Of a stretch of 64,000 nucleotides of DNA, positions 1-12,724 are shown piece by piece. The DNA comes from Utricularia gibba (lineage: Eukaryota > Plantae > Magnoliophyta). A model generated the notes under the pieces. That model saw only the letters and a program-made list of their open reading frames with translations, did not search any database and was not told where the DNA came from. The DNA is taken from NCBI GenBank assembly GCA_002189035.1, contig CM007991.1, forward strand, positions 1 to 64,000. Direction: 5' to 3'. Position 1 is the first letter of the stretch, and each line of letters starts with the position of its first letter. The position numbers were made by a program, and so were the translations under genes.

Positions 1-1015
1 CTAAACCCTAAACCCTAAACCCTAAACCCTAAACCCTAAACCCTAAACCCTAAACCCTAACCCTAAACCCTAAACCCTAAACCCTAACCTAAACCCTAAA
101 CCCTAAACCCTAAACCCTAAACCCTAAACCCTAAACCCTAAACCCTAAACCCTAAACCCTAAACCCTAAACCCTAAACCCTAAACCCTGAACCCTAAACC
201 CTAAACCCTAAACCCTGAACCCTAAACCCTAAACCTAAACCCTAAACCCTAAACCCTAAACCCTAAACCCTAAACCCTAAACCCTAAACCCTAAACCTAA
301 ACCCTAAACCCTAAACCCTAAACCTAAACCCTAAACCCTAAACCCTAAACCCTAAACCCTAAACCCTAAACCCTAAACCCTAAACCCTAAACCCTAAACC
401 CTAAACCCTAAACCCTAAACCCTGAACCCTAAACCCTAAACCCTAAACCCTGAACCCTAAACCCTGAAAACCCGAAACCCTGAACCCTAAACCCTAAACC
501 CTAAACCCTAAACCCTAAACCTAAACCCTAAACCCTAAACCCTAAACCCTAAACCCTAAAACCTAAACCCCCTAAACCCTAAACCCTAAACCCTAAACCC
601 TAAACCTAAACCCTAAACCCTAAAACCCTAAACCCTAAACCCTAAACCCTAAACCCTAAACCCTAAACCCTAAACCTAAACCCTAAACCTAAACCCTAAA
701 CCCTAAACCCTAAACCCTAAACCCTAACCCTACCCTAAACCCTAAACCCTAAACCCTAAACCCTGAACCCTAAACCCTAAACCCTAAACCCTGAACCCTA
801 AACCCTGAACCCTAAACCCTAAACCCTGAACCCTGAACCCTGAACCCTGAACCCTGAACCCTGAACCCTGAACCCTGAACCCTAAACCCTGAACCCTGAA
901 CCCTAAACCCTAAACCCTGAACCCTAAACCCTGAACCCTAAACCCTAAACCCTAAACCCTGAACCCTAGATCCTATGAAATTCTAAACCCTAATACCGGA
1001 AATCCTAAACCCTAA
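1..1015 (-). repeat. Telomeric repeat array (TTTAGGG)n, seen as CCCTAAA, with CCCTGAA variants and a degenerate proximal end
   Basis: Tandem CCCTAAA from base 1. CCCTGAA variants are scattered and concentrated at 761-965, and units decay at 966-1015 (ccctaga, ttctaaa, ccctaat). The C-rich strand on + marks a left chromosome end. Confidence 0.99.
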
Positions 1016-3075
1016 GGCTTAAATGCTTGATTCTTTTTAGTGAACCGTTAATTCTAAATTGTTATATACTGTAGGGGTTAATGGCTGTGTCTTGGATCCG
1101 AAAGCGTAACCTGTTTTCTTCTGCTTAAATGGTGACATATGTGAATTCTAATGTACTCTGAAATAGGAATTCTGTAGCTTGAATAATCATTTTTAAATGC
1201 TTAATTCCAAGACTCTTAAACCTATACCGCAACCCCTAATGATATGTCTGACACGTGTTTATTAGAAATCTAACGACCTTTTATGATGACGCCTGCCTGC
1301 CATTATCTCCCCCTCATATCAATTACCGACATCAATTTAAATGTAAGATGGCAATGTTCTTTTTATAGTTCATTATAATTAGATGTTTTAAACCTCTACT
1401 TTGGTTGAAGAGATTTATGCTACTTCTTTCGTGCCCTAACAGACAATACGCAGGACTGTATAGTTTATATGCGTACTTGAGTTTCTTGAATTTGCGATTC
1501 ACAAGAAGGAGATATGACCTTGTTGAAAGATTATGATTATTGGGGCTTGGATCTATGATTGCGCCCGAATATTACACATGGGACAGGCATCATGATTAAG
1601 TCCGCAGCCCGATAGCTCTATGCATCATATGGTGCCGACGAGTCCAACATAGCTCAGTGTTTCACGGAGATTGGACATCTAATGGAATGGAAACAAAGAG
1701 AGAAGAACAGAAGGTTTTGAATGATTTTCTGTGTGTTGTGTAGGGCGCTTCCTATTTTCCGTGATGTTCACTTCTTATAAAAGCAGTGGAGATCTGATAT
1801 TTGAAGAGCAAGCACAGTGCACAGACATGGCTTTCCCTTGCGGAGGGCTGGTGTTGAACTTGTCAAGAAATGTGAAGTGTAATTTGTTGTGATTTATACA
1901 AATTGAAGGGTCGAATTTTAAATATTCTTGATCAATATAAATAACGGGAACTAGGGTAGTGTGATTTACCCTAGCGTTGGAAAGTTCCTTCTTTGAGCAT
2001 TCCAATCTGCTGCGGAGCCATTCTGTATAGGAAACGATGTCAAAATTGTTTTTGACTGGACGTTCCATTCGGATTTGATGTGTAAACAGACTGGTATATG
2101 AATAGTGAAACCCTTGACATTCAGCCAACTTTTGTGTAATTGTTTTGCTTCTACATTCAATACATTCTTAGAATCATGATATACCTGAGGGATCTAACAA
2201 TGTATACATTTTTTATTTAGTTGGGAAGAACATAACACTTAGTCTTGGATTCACGTACGTCGTACATTATTGTAAGGTGAGGCATTGAAATAAAAAGTAC
2301 CGTATCTTTTAGGTATCACTTTTCGCCTTCAAGTTCTTTGCATTCCCAATGTGGGTCCCCGCGGTAGAGACAATCATTGACCCATCAGGCTTGTTTCGAA
2401 CGGGGATACGTATCATTGGAGTATTCACACAAAAGAAAAAAGAAATAGGGATGATTGCTTTTCAGGATCACATATTTTCTATTACAGACGGCAAGTTGAA
2501 TTTAAAAAATAAAGTGTGAAGAAAATGCTAATTGCATCTGACTGTTTTTTTCAATCTCCTTTGCTTTCATTGCTCTGGGTCGAAGATTTCATTCAGGATC
2601 TAAGCTGCAGTAATCCGTCGTGCAAATCAAGTATATCTACGGTTTGCAAAAGTTGGTTTTGTTTTTAAGTTCACTCAAATATGAGACCGAAACCGACCTC
2701 ATGAAAAATTTGAGACAATTAAAATGGCTGCAAGCCCAAAGGTTTCGAGTTGCATGAGCATTAAAAACAAAAAAAAAAAACTGATACGATTGAACACCGT
2801 GTCTTCTTCTCTTGGATAATGTCATTGCCTCTCAAGCCAATTAAAACTTGTGGTTACAAAAAAAAAGTTATGAAATCAAAACTTGGGTGAGGAATGTCTT
2901 ATCATCAGAATAAGTAGCAACTTTTTCTTTCAATACCCATGGAATAAGGGGAGAAAGCGGTTATGGATAATCCAGATATGTGTACGGTCAGAAAGACATG
3001 ATTTAAGAAAACGGGTCTTGTAGTTCGCACAAACACACCTGATCTTCGATCCTTGTTGCCTTCCAGGTCAACAGA

Positions 3076-3348
3076 TCAGGAGTAGGAATAAGAACTGTCG
3101 CAAGCGACATCAATCTCCACCTCCCTCCGGTGGAAATTACGGTGACAGCCGCAGGCCGCGCAGTTTAGCCCCTCAGCGGTCCCATCTGCACCTCCTGCCA
3201 TGAATTCCCGACACCCGTCGACGGCGTATCCTCCGATACTCGCTGCGTGGTTTCTTTGGCATTCCGCGTACCTTACACACCGGAAAACACCTGCACTCGA
3301 ACTTCTCATATATCCTTCTCTTCTGATCACGATTTGCTTTATATTCAT
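3076..3348 (-). CDS. MIF: Mini zinc finger (MIF) protein, ZF-HD dimerisation domain only
   Basis: Single-exon 90-aa ORF starting at ATG with [26 protein letters not shown]...[15 protein letters not shown] and no homeodomain. Confidence 0.95.
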   Translation of the reverse strand: MNIKQIVIRREGYMRSSSAGVFRCVRYAECQRNHAASIGGYAVDGCREFMAGGADGTAEGLNCAACGCHRNFHRREVEIDVACDSSYSYS

Positions 3349-5893
3349 ATCTCAGAACTGAAGGAAAAATTCAATGAAAAAAATGTTCACATTACAAAGG
3401 GTGAATATGAGAAGAAGAAGAAGAATAAGAAGGGAAGATGTTTAAAGTGGTGGTGGATAGTAACATAACCCTAGCAAGAGGCCCTATTTATAATATGAAG
3501 TACGACAAGACTCCCCTTCCACTTCCCAGTACAGTCTCCTCTATTTGGCACATGACAGGAACAATGCCCCACTATAAGAAAAGGACATCAGCTTTCTTTA
3601 GCGGTTATTGTTGTTATTGTTTATTTGCAATAAAAAGCTTAAAGCAGTAATAAAAGAAGAAGAATGCAGTTATAAATAATAAAGGTTTAATGAAGCTTCT
3701 CGTATCTATGTTTTATGTTACTTCCGAAAACATGCTACTTGCTAAAAATCGCTAGTTGAGACAATAAATAAGGCATGAGGGACCACAAAAGGCTGGCTTT
3801 ACCGTGAGTTTTGATGTTCTTGTATCATTGTGATTGTGATCTACTCTCATATCGCAGGCTATGCAGCGAAAGACAAGTTGAAGAAAATAGACGAGCCGCC
3901 TACCGCGAAGCCCCAGTCCTCAACCTCCAAGGTCCACCATTAGATAATGCATCCCATGTGACTGAAGACGTAGACGCCCTCAAAACCAACAAAGATGGCG
4001 CCTCCTGCCTCCATGAATCACATCGCGTGCTGGCTGTGGATGATAGCGCGAATATATATATATCCTTTCTTCTAATCCAACCAGACTAAGGAGTCCACCT
4101 ATTCCTGTTTACATTGTCTATGGATTGAAACACAGACAAGTTGGTTGGTTTAGGAATTAGGATTTGCAATCCCTCCTCTTTCTCATCTAAGTTGACCAAC
4201 TGCAAGAAGACAAGTTCCGCCTTAGTTAAATCCCACGAGACTCAATCAGGAAGATTGGGGCACAAGTAGAACCTGCATAAAATAAAAATAATGAGGAGGT
4301 GTATCATCAGGAACAAAGAGTACCAGATGAGGAGCTTAAAGTACAGATGCAACAAGGTACAAGGGATTAGTTTAGTGAGATTAGAATCTTTTGTTAACTC
4401 CAATTTGTAAGGTTGATGGAGTCTCCAGATAAGGTGGGATCTTCTGGGTACATCAGTCGACAATTTGTTTTTCACCAACCGCGCCCATAACTACCGGCAT
4501 AATGTCGTGTGTTCTGTTCTTGTTGTGTTTTTTTTTTTAATCAGTAGTGTTCTGTTCTTCTTTTTTTTTTTTTGTCGTCAATGTGAACTATGGTCCAAAT
4601 AAATAAGTTTAGTGGGCCGTCTAAAAGACCTTCTTAATTTTTAAGCACATGCACATTAATTTCAGCGGTATGGTTGTATAGCACGTGGTGTGACGGCCAC
4701 ATCCCCCTGCTGAAATTGTCAAGAGTTCATCAAACAAAAAGTACATCATTGCTGAACTCAGCAACGTCTACTTTTTTAAGGCCCAAACTATTTGCACCTG
4801 TGTAATTCAACTATGTAGTTTGTATTACTAGTAGCAGTTGATAATCTAATCATGAATTGGAACAAAAGATGGTTTACCTCGTTTTAGTTGCAACTCGTTC
4901 TCATCGCCAACGTCAGCAATAGCAACTTGGATGCATGTATTTGAGACATATTGAATAAGTGAAAGGAGAAAAGCCTTGCATCCGTTCTATCCTACGATAA
5001 ATGAATACGTAAGATTGTAGTTGTATTATGCATCTCGTTTCTTCTTTTTTTTGTGCTTATTCTGAAGCGAACACGTTATCATTCATGATCGCGTTATTTT
5101 ATTCGCCATTCAACGGGAAAAATAAGTAGATGGGTCTTGAAGAACATGGGTTCCCATGACCTACGCGTGCCTGCCAGCTTTCGATGCGTTATCATGAACA
5201 ATTTATTATCCTCTTAATTGCTTAAAATGTATATCCGGATTTTTTTCATGAACACAATGATTTCACCTACAAAAGATTTTACTACATTGCATTATAGTAC
5301 AGCTTGATAGGTCAACCCATCCTCATATGGACTTTCAGGGAAATTAAAAACCAAATTGGACAACCCACAAAATTTTGATTCTTTTTTATGTTTCGTAGAT
5401 GGCTAGTAACGTATTTTATTTATTATTGTCAAAATTGTGTATAGTGTATAAGTCTGTGTTTGCCGTCTGCAATGCAGATCACTTGTACAATTAATTCATC
5501 TGAATAATGATGCAATTAATTACTGATTATTGTTATTACTATCTGTCATATTAATAATCCTTTCCGGTAGGCAATATTACCTCTAAACATTACAGCGATA
5601 TATATGGCTGATTATTCACACTACATATTATTCTTTCAAGGGAATCAAAAAACGTAATTTCGAGAATAAAACATTCACATGACTTGTTCCGCAATTTGAA
5701 ACTCAAACCATGGAATAAGATTTTTTTACCTCCCAAGAGCGAGAGTGGGGGAAATGAAGGTAACCTCAAAAAGGACAACACTACAGACTCCACGCAATTC
5801 ATAGTAACTCCTACTCACGAAATGAATTTACATGATCTTCGTGGTATCGTCCTATCCAATTCTCCATGCCGTGAGAACAAATACTCATTCAGG

Positions 5894-6312
5894 CTATCCA
5901 TATATGTCAATGAAGCCGCCCACATCCCCCATCTTTGGCGCATCATCAAGAAGCAGCCATTCCTCCAACAAGGTGATGGCCGGTAGCAAATGAGAGATGT
6001 TGTCAGCGCTGCAGGCATAGGTAGCAGGACTTGGCTTGGGTTTCCAAAAGCCAAATGCGGGAAATTCTTCGCCTTCGCCATGGTTGAGGGAAAAAGCCTC
6101 GCAGAGGGCATTTTTGGCCATTTGAAGGTCTGCTTGAAGCTTGCTTTCCCACTGGCCTCTACGTATTACTTGTTTAAAAGATTCGGATGCCTCTTTTTGG
6201 ATCCCCATCATCATCTTGCTGCTTTCCGAGCTTTTTCTTCAGATGTGTGTTCCAATAGTTATTGATGTCGTTGTCGGTTCTTTGAGGGAGGTAAGAAGCT
6301 AGGGCTACCCAT
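5894..6312 (-). pseudogene. R2R3-MYB subgroup 1 (MYB30/94/96/60-like) pseudogene, exon 3
   Basis: Acceptor tacgcag|ATGG at 6312, then [29 protein letters not shown]. After a frameshift near 6200 come GQWESKLQADLQMAKNALCEAFSL, TYACSADNISHLL and LLEEWLLLDD, all subgroup-1 motifs. Confidence 0.9.
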
Positions 6313-6509
6313 CTGCGTACACAAATATTTTCCATTGAAAAAAACAAATCTGCGTATGCAAATGTAATAAAACTATTAATGAGAATGGTGAGTCTTGTTT
6401 CCCACACGCATCATAATATCTTGATTCATTTCGCTGACCGATTCCTTTTATGCTGCTCGACTTTTTTTTTCTTGTTACGATTCATTCAGCATAGTGTGTG
6501 ATGGCACCG

Positions 6510-6642
6510 ATGGGAAGAGTACGAGGTCTGATTAAAGTGGAGTCGAAGAAAGGACCTTGGACTCCGGAAGAAGATATCGTCCTTGTGTCTTACGTTCAGG
6601 AACACGGCCCTGGAAATTGTAGGGCTGTTCGAAGGAATACAG
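6510..6642 (+). pseudogene. Degenerate R2R3-MYB exon 1, on the strand opposite to exon 3
   Basis: ATG at 6510 gives MGR...[33 protein letters not shown], then a |gtaatc donor. The exon is exactly 133 bp, the usual R2R3 exon 1 length. The PPCCDK motif is scrambled and the conserved Trp is now Cys. Confidence 0.9.
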
Positions 6643-9374
6643 GTAATCAGCAGACGAATGAAATATGCGTTCATATCTATCTAATGTGCGCTCTTACCTG
6701 CTGCCTGGCTAGTGGGTGAAAGGAAAAGTAAAAAGGTACTGAGGGAGGGAGGGGCTCGATTTGTTGTTTTATTCGGAGGCTAAAATCCACTTTTTTATTT
6801 GTACCTAACATTTAGCCATTAATAATCTCAATATTGCTCTTAAAAAAAAAAAAAAGCGGCCTCCAACTAAGCTAGGAGGCTAGGTCACGTGGTCGAACAA
6901 GGGTAGGTTCCGTAATTCATGCTAACTCATCATAAAACCACAATAATATAAAAACATTAATATAAAAAACCCGATACCGTGTCTCTCCGACCACGGTAGG
7001 ATTAGGTATTTCTTAATTACAGAACTTCCCAATTACGCAAATTCTCACAAAGACTTTTTGTCGTTTGTCTTAAGCGCCTCAACTCCTCGCGTTGCATTCA
7101 GCACTTTTCCAAGGTACTTCTCGTATCATTTATCAGCCGTGTCAGGAAGAAATTGTCTTCCAAGTCTCCCTGAACCTAGAAAAATATTCGAGGTTAATAA
7201 ATCTAGGATTTGAATCCACTACCAATAAATTCCGCTTTTGAATATGGAATCTGCACGGTTCAAAATTCATTCTGAATTGCATTAAAAAACGCCGCGTTTG
7301 TTAAATATTCACTACATATTGCCAGAGTGCAATCTTGAACAACGATGGCAGAGATACGGAGAACTGGCGTCGGACTGCGCTTCGGACCTTTGGAAATGAT
7401 GCAATACACTAGATATCTCGGGATAATTTAGAAATTTAACAATCTTTTCATAACATCTATAATATATTTTTTATGTTAATATATAAAAAAAAGGTAACAG
7501 TGATCAGATTTAGAAATGATCCAGAAAATTGGATTCCTAACATAATTGTTTCATGGCAAAACTAGGGCAAAATGCCGAGTTCTATGTTTTCAAGAAAACA
7601 AATAAATGCTTTTGGTCCCGGTCGGATTTGATCTCAGTTTTTTGTGGTAAGTACCTTTTCTTTAAAAAAAAATTATTTATTCTCGACACTGTCGGTTGGA
7701 TATATATTCAATTACCATTTAAAAATGAAATAATAAAATACTCCCGATGGCTTTTCCATAGCGTTCTTCTAATGAATTTGCAAATGCCACTTGTGATCGT
7801 GTGTATGCAAAACTACATGTCTAATGGTTGGCGCTTGGCAGGTTCATGAATCAAAGAACCCTCGCCCAGATGGCGAAATCAACACATATCTTCATCAACT
7901 TTGATTCCAGACAATTTCGTGGAATCATAGGTTTTTTATGAATCCAAGAATCCCTCGCCCTAAGTTAAAGCCGAAACAGCCCTGATTTGATCCACGCCCA
8001 TTAGAACTCCATGTTTTGAAAAGAGAACTAAGGCTTCAGCTTTCCAGTTTACAAACATCGGATGATTCCATACAAGAATGGCTTGGTCATTTGTAATCAT
8101 ACTTTATTTTGTTTTATAATATTTTATTATAATTAAACATGTGAGATTGAAACATGTCTACAAACACAATACGATATACATCCTTTTATGCATAGATTAA
8201 CTAATTTACATGAAAATATGAGAAAAATATTTTTAAAAATTTCAATGTTTATCATTTGATAAAATTAATTTTCATTCTTTAATATAAATTACGTATTTCG
8301 TGCCTATTGGCAAAATTGATATCCAACATTTTATTTATATAACATCATTAATTCTTAAAATTTGATGTATCAACATAATTAATTCACAATTTTTATATTT
8401 TAAATTTTTTATCTCTAATTATTTGAACAACGAGCGTACTAATTAAGGATTCATTGTGCCAAAATAGTAAATATTAAATTATTTGAATTAAATTTTCTAA
8501 ATAATGAGAATCAATTTGAAATATTATGAATTAATTATACTAAATTTTTAAATAATGAGAATAATTTTTGTAAATTTCATAAATAGTAGATATCAATAAG
8601 GACGACAGCCCATATTTTTATAGACATGCAGCAAGCATAAAGTTAGAAAAATCCCCATCGTTCGCGCGTGTCGAACTTAATGCATGGACACGGGATAGGC
8701 CCACTTCCATTAGCTGAAACCTGCAAGGGCTTGATAGAGAAGACCACCTTCTCAGTCAAATCGATTCGTGTAAGTAATATTTCGTCAAATAATATGTTCC
8801 TTTTCTTCCGAGCGCTGTTACGAGCAGATTTATTATAACGAAAGCATATTGTATTTTCAACTATCTTGAAGCGTTTCTTTTTCAGAACCCATCTCGTTTG
8901 GTGCACATACTTTATTTCATTTTCTTTTAAAACCTCAGGGTTGAAAATCTGTTCATCAATGAGTCCTACTTCAGGCCAAATCAACTATGTAACAAAATTG
9001 GGCTCACAGTTAACGGGATTGTCCAGTTTAAGTTGTTTCCTTGAGGAGCACGGTTGCAGCCAAAGAGTGACGGCTGAGCTCGAGACACAAGTCCAAACAG
9101 TAATACCACAGGCCACAAGATCTCCCCTGGCCCAACCTACTGTATATGTTTACAAAACATATGGGCTGATCCAAGTGAATTTTTCTGAGATTTGCCTGAT
9201 TAATTTCTCACCCTAAATAGCCCAAAAGACTGCCATGGTGAACTGATATCTTCTCCTGCCGCTTCTGTGACAGTGATACTGCTCCCTTTCTCTACCGGCG
9301 TCAATTCATGATGACGCTACAAGTGCTTCCCTGTTGTAGGAAGACAAGCTGGTGAGAATTGTATTATTGGACTG

Positions 9375-11242
9375 ATGGACACATTGAAGGGCGGTGATCA
9401 GAATTCCCATGAATCTACAGATGGGAAGTTAGAAAAACATAGGAAGAAGAAGAAGAAGGCGAATGCTACAGAGGGAGCACTGACGCTAGAAGGCTACTCA
9501 ATTTGCGGGTTGTCGATTGCAGGGCAAGAGACCTGCGTGATCTTGCCCAATCTGAAATTGGCATTTGATATCGGCAAGTGTCCTCAACGAGCCGTTTCCC
9601 AGCAGTTCCTCTTCATATCACATGGCCATATGGACCACATTGTAACGTCTTTCTTTCCGTTCTCATGAATCATTATGAGTATGATCAGATACATCACTCA
9701 TCCTCGTACAGTATGTGGTACTTTTTTCAGTGCAGTCGCGTGCAAGGGTCATTACACATGCTTTTCGATACATCACCCTTGTACACAATTTGGGATCTTT
9801 TTTTTTTCAGGGAGGGCTGCCCATGTATGTTGCGACGCGTGGATTATGTAAGATGGTGCCCCCAAGTGTTTTTGTGCCAAAGACCATAAAAGGCAGTGTG
9901 GAGAAGATTTTTGAAGCACACAGAGCAATGGACCAGTCTGAGTTGAATCATACTCTTATTGGTCTAGATGCAGGTATTGAAGTATTCAATCTGTGACGGT
10001 GTACTTTTCGTGGCCAAGATCTTTCCAAGGGCTTATATTAGTGATGTTTTACAGGCGAAGAGTTCTATATAAGAAGAGACATTAAAGTGAAAGCATTCAG
10101 AACATATCACACCATTCCTAGCCAGGTTATCAATCAAGATAAAATTTTCTTTTTTTTCTTAATTTATTTGCTGTGTTTTCTGAAGAGAATTGATTCTCAC
10201 ATGTTTGGTCTTATGTTTACTTAGGGTTATATAATTTATTCAGTGAAACAGAAACTCAAACCAGTTTATTCGATGTTACCTGAAACTGATATAAAATCCA
10301 TGAGGTTATCAGGCGTTGAGGTTTGTCTCAATCTCACTGAAATTTTAGCTTTTGGTGTAGCGGTTAAATGTTTTACAAAGTCGATAATTTTCACTGGTAC
10401 CTGATCAGCCAGCTTGTAAAAAGATAAAACGTTTGTGCTGGTTCTTTTTTGTAAATCAATTAGAAAGTCGATTTTCCTTAAGTATAAAGTTAGTTTCATG
10501 TGAGGTTTAACAAAAAAAACAGTCATCGTCTAAAATGTTCTTGAATTTTCGATATTTATTTATAGGTCACAGATACGCAAGTGTCACCCGAAGTTGCATT
10601 TACTGGGGACACCATGTCAGACTTCATCACTGATCCAAATAACGCTGACGTTTTAAGGGCAAAGATTCTCATCATGGAGGTACGAATCGTAAGAACAACA
10701 GTAACTTTCAACCTCCAAGTCACCTGCAATGTCAAATTGTCATCGTAGACAATCTTGAAAATGTTGAAACCTTTGGTTGTTTCTTGTTATGGAACAAATT
10801 TGTGCGCGATTTCGGTTTAGGGTGAAATGAAACCTCCCCTCATTATCTGATGTAGAGCACGTTTATTGATGATTGTTGCACTGTTGAGGATGCACGAGAA
10901 TATGGGCACACACATTTATCCGAGGTAAAATTTTCAAATGTGCGTCAACACTGCGTTCCTCTGTTTCCCTGATTCTGCAGTTGTCCACTGTATTTGCATG
11001 AGCAGATCATCAAGTATGCTGACAGATTTCAGAACAAAGCAATTGTTCTCATCCACTTTTCAGCTCGATATGACATACATGTAAGTGTCATTTTTCATTT
11101 AACGGTACTGTTATCTTTGTGAAATACTGCTCTTTTATGAAATATGTGGGCGGCTATTCATCATCAGACCATTGAGAAAGCTATCACGACACTGCCGCTT
11201 CCCCTTGCGGGACGAGTTTTTGCTCTAACTAATGGCTTCTGA
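9375..11242 (+). CDS. TRZ1: tRNase Z, short TM-type form (nuclear TRZ1-like), 8 exons
   Basis: EGYSICGLSIAGQETC, FISHGHMDHI|GGL (HxHxDH motif), VAFTGDT, YGHTH, LIHFSARY and GRVFALTNGF*. GT-AG introns are in phase where checked; stop TGA at 11240-11242. Confidence 0.95.
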
Positions 11243-12473
11243 AGAGTATGAAGCTGAGAGAAGATGGCGAGACGTCGGATTAGTTGTTTTATGGATAGAT
11301 GGGATTCCCCACAACAAAATGTGAAGTACCATGATAGACTTTGTTTCTTTATATGAATGCTGTAACTTTATATCTCACGGGTGGATTCTTACTTAGGGTG
11401 CGACACACCATGAAACTTCCGATCAGCGAAGACTTTTGTTTCAATCTTGGATTTCCTCGGCGACATATTTCTATATAAAGCATTCATAGAGGCTGGACGT
11501 TGACTCTAGGAATGGTATTTCATTTCAATATAAGTAGAACCCGATTTTTGTTCTTACAAAAAAAAGACGCTTGGGAGGTTTACTCCTTGATTTAGATTAT
11601 GCGTACAATTAATTTTACTTTTAATTGCACTGATCAAGAAAAAATTACTTTAATTGGAAATTTATCTGTCGCAGCTCACTAATTAGACGCCTTGTATGGT
11701 AATGTGCAAGGTGGAAGTTGGGAACGTTTGGGCGCCTTTTGATCGCGTTGATTGCTTTTAAACATTAAGCTGACATTGAAGGCATGGTAAGGGAACGGGG
11801 AAACTGCCACAATTAAAAAAAAAAAAAATTATGGCAGATAACGTACTCCCGTATTACCAAGTTTACAGGTACATACACATAAACCGCTATACTTGTAGCG
11901 TGTGAAGGCTGAAATATCCAGGATTGTTTAAATTGTACTGAGCACGAAAAAGAGCACGCCATACATTATGAGTAACAACATGTCGATACAATATTGAAGG
12001 CGTGGTATGTAAATATTAAATAAATAAAATAATATATTTAAAGAAGTGGAAAATAAGACTCCACTTCATTCCCGAGGAAAATGAGATGAAAGAAGTGGGA
12101 AGACTCTATGTTTCCTCATTTCCATCTCCGTTGATTTTAATCGGCAGTGGAGGGAGATTTGTTGTCAACTGATGAAGAAATAGACTCCGTTTCGAATCCA
12201 CAGGAAGAGGAATCACTTGAAGACGAAGAACATAAGATGTATACGCGAGTTTCTCAAACTCAAGCCAAAGAGAAGAATGGGGACTCTGCTGGGTTTAGTC
12301 TGCTGGTACTGGGCTCATGCCAGTTCAAATCTCTCAGCAAGAAGCCCGTCCAAGTTACAGGCCCAACTCAAGAAGATTGGCCCAAGTGTATGGTAAGTCG
12401 ACAGAAGAACGGAGATTGCGTGTGACAGCCGACGTAAAATGAGGAGTTCAGGATCTACATAAATGCTGAGCTT

Positions 12474-12724
12474 TGAAGAGGTTCATACGTTTACAGAACA
12501 GAGAGCACAGGATAGGGAAACACTATTCATTGCCGCAAAAAAGAAAAAGATGGAAAAAATTACATGAGATAAGTTCTATTTATATCTAAGGGTTCACGAG
12601 AACAAAACGGCCCAATTGATAAGGCCCATGGCTTCATTTTTTCACCACAGAACCAGCATCATACTTCACCGTAGACAGCTGCGGTTCTTGCTTACTTGAC
12701 AACACCTCAAGGCGACGTTCAACA
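12474..12724 (-). repeat. 3' LTR of copia element (251 bp)
   Basis: Matches 17217-17467 except one base (G12592 vs A17335) by eye. Preceded on minus by the PPT. Confidence 0.97.

Noticed and set aside
1440-2150. Coding-like decayed sequence next to the telomere (possible Ulp1-type TE protease remnant) and ORFs 1775-2128 and 1966-2160
   Set aside because: Only a vague DL...ILD resemblance, many stops, no catalytic motif and no TE termini.
3811-4089. ORF containing HRVLAVDDS, like a type-A response regulator start
   Set aside because: Isolated short match; the rest of the receiver domain is absent.
8643-9070. Minus ORF with IPCPCIK (CACTA transposase-associated-like) and a nearby DFGLSR-like string
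   Set aside because: Single short motifs, with no CACTA termini or other kinase subdomains in frame.
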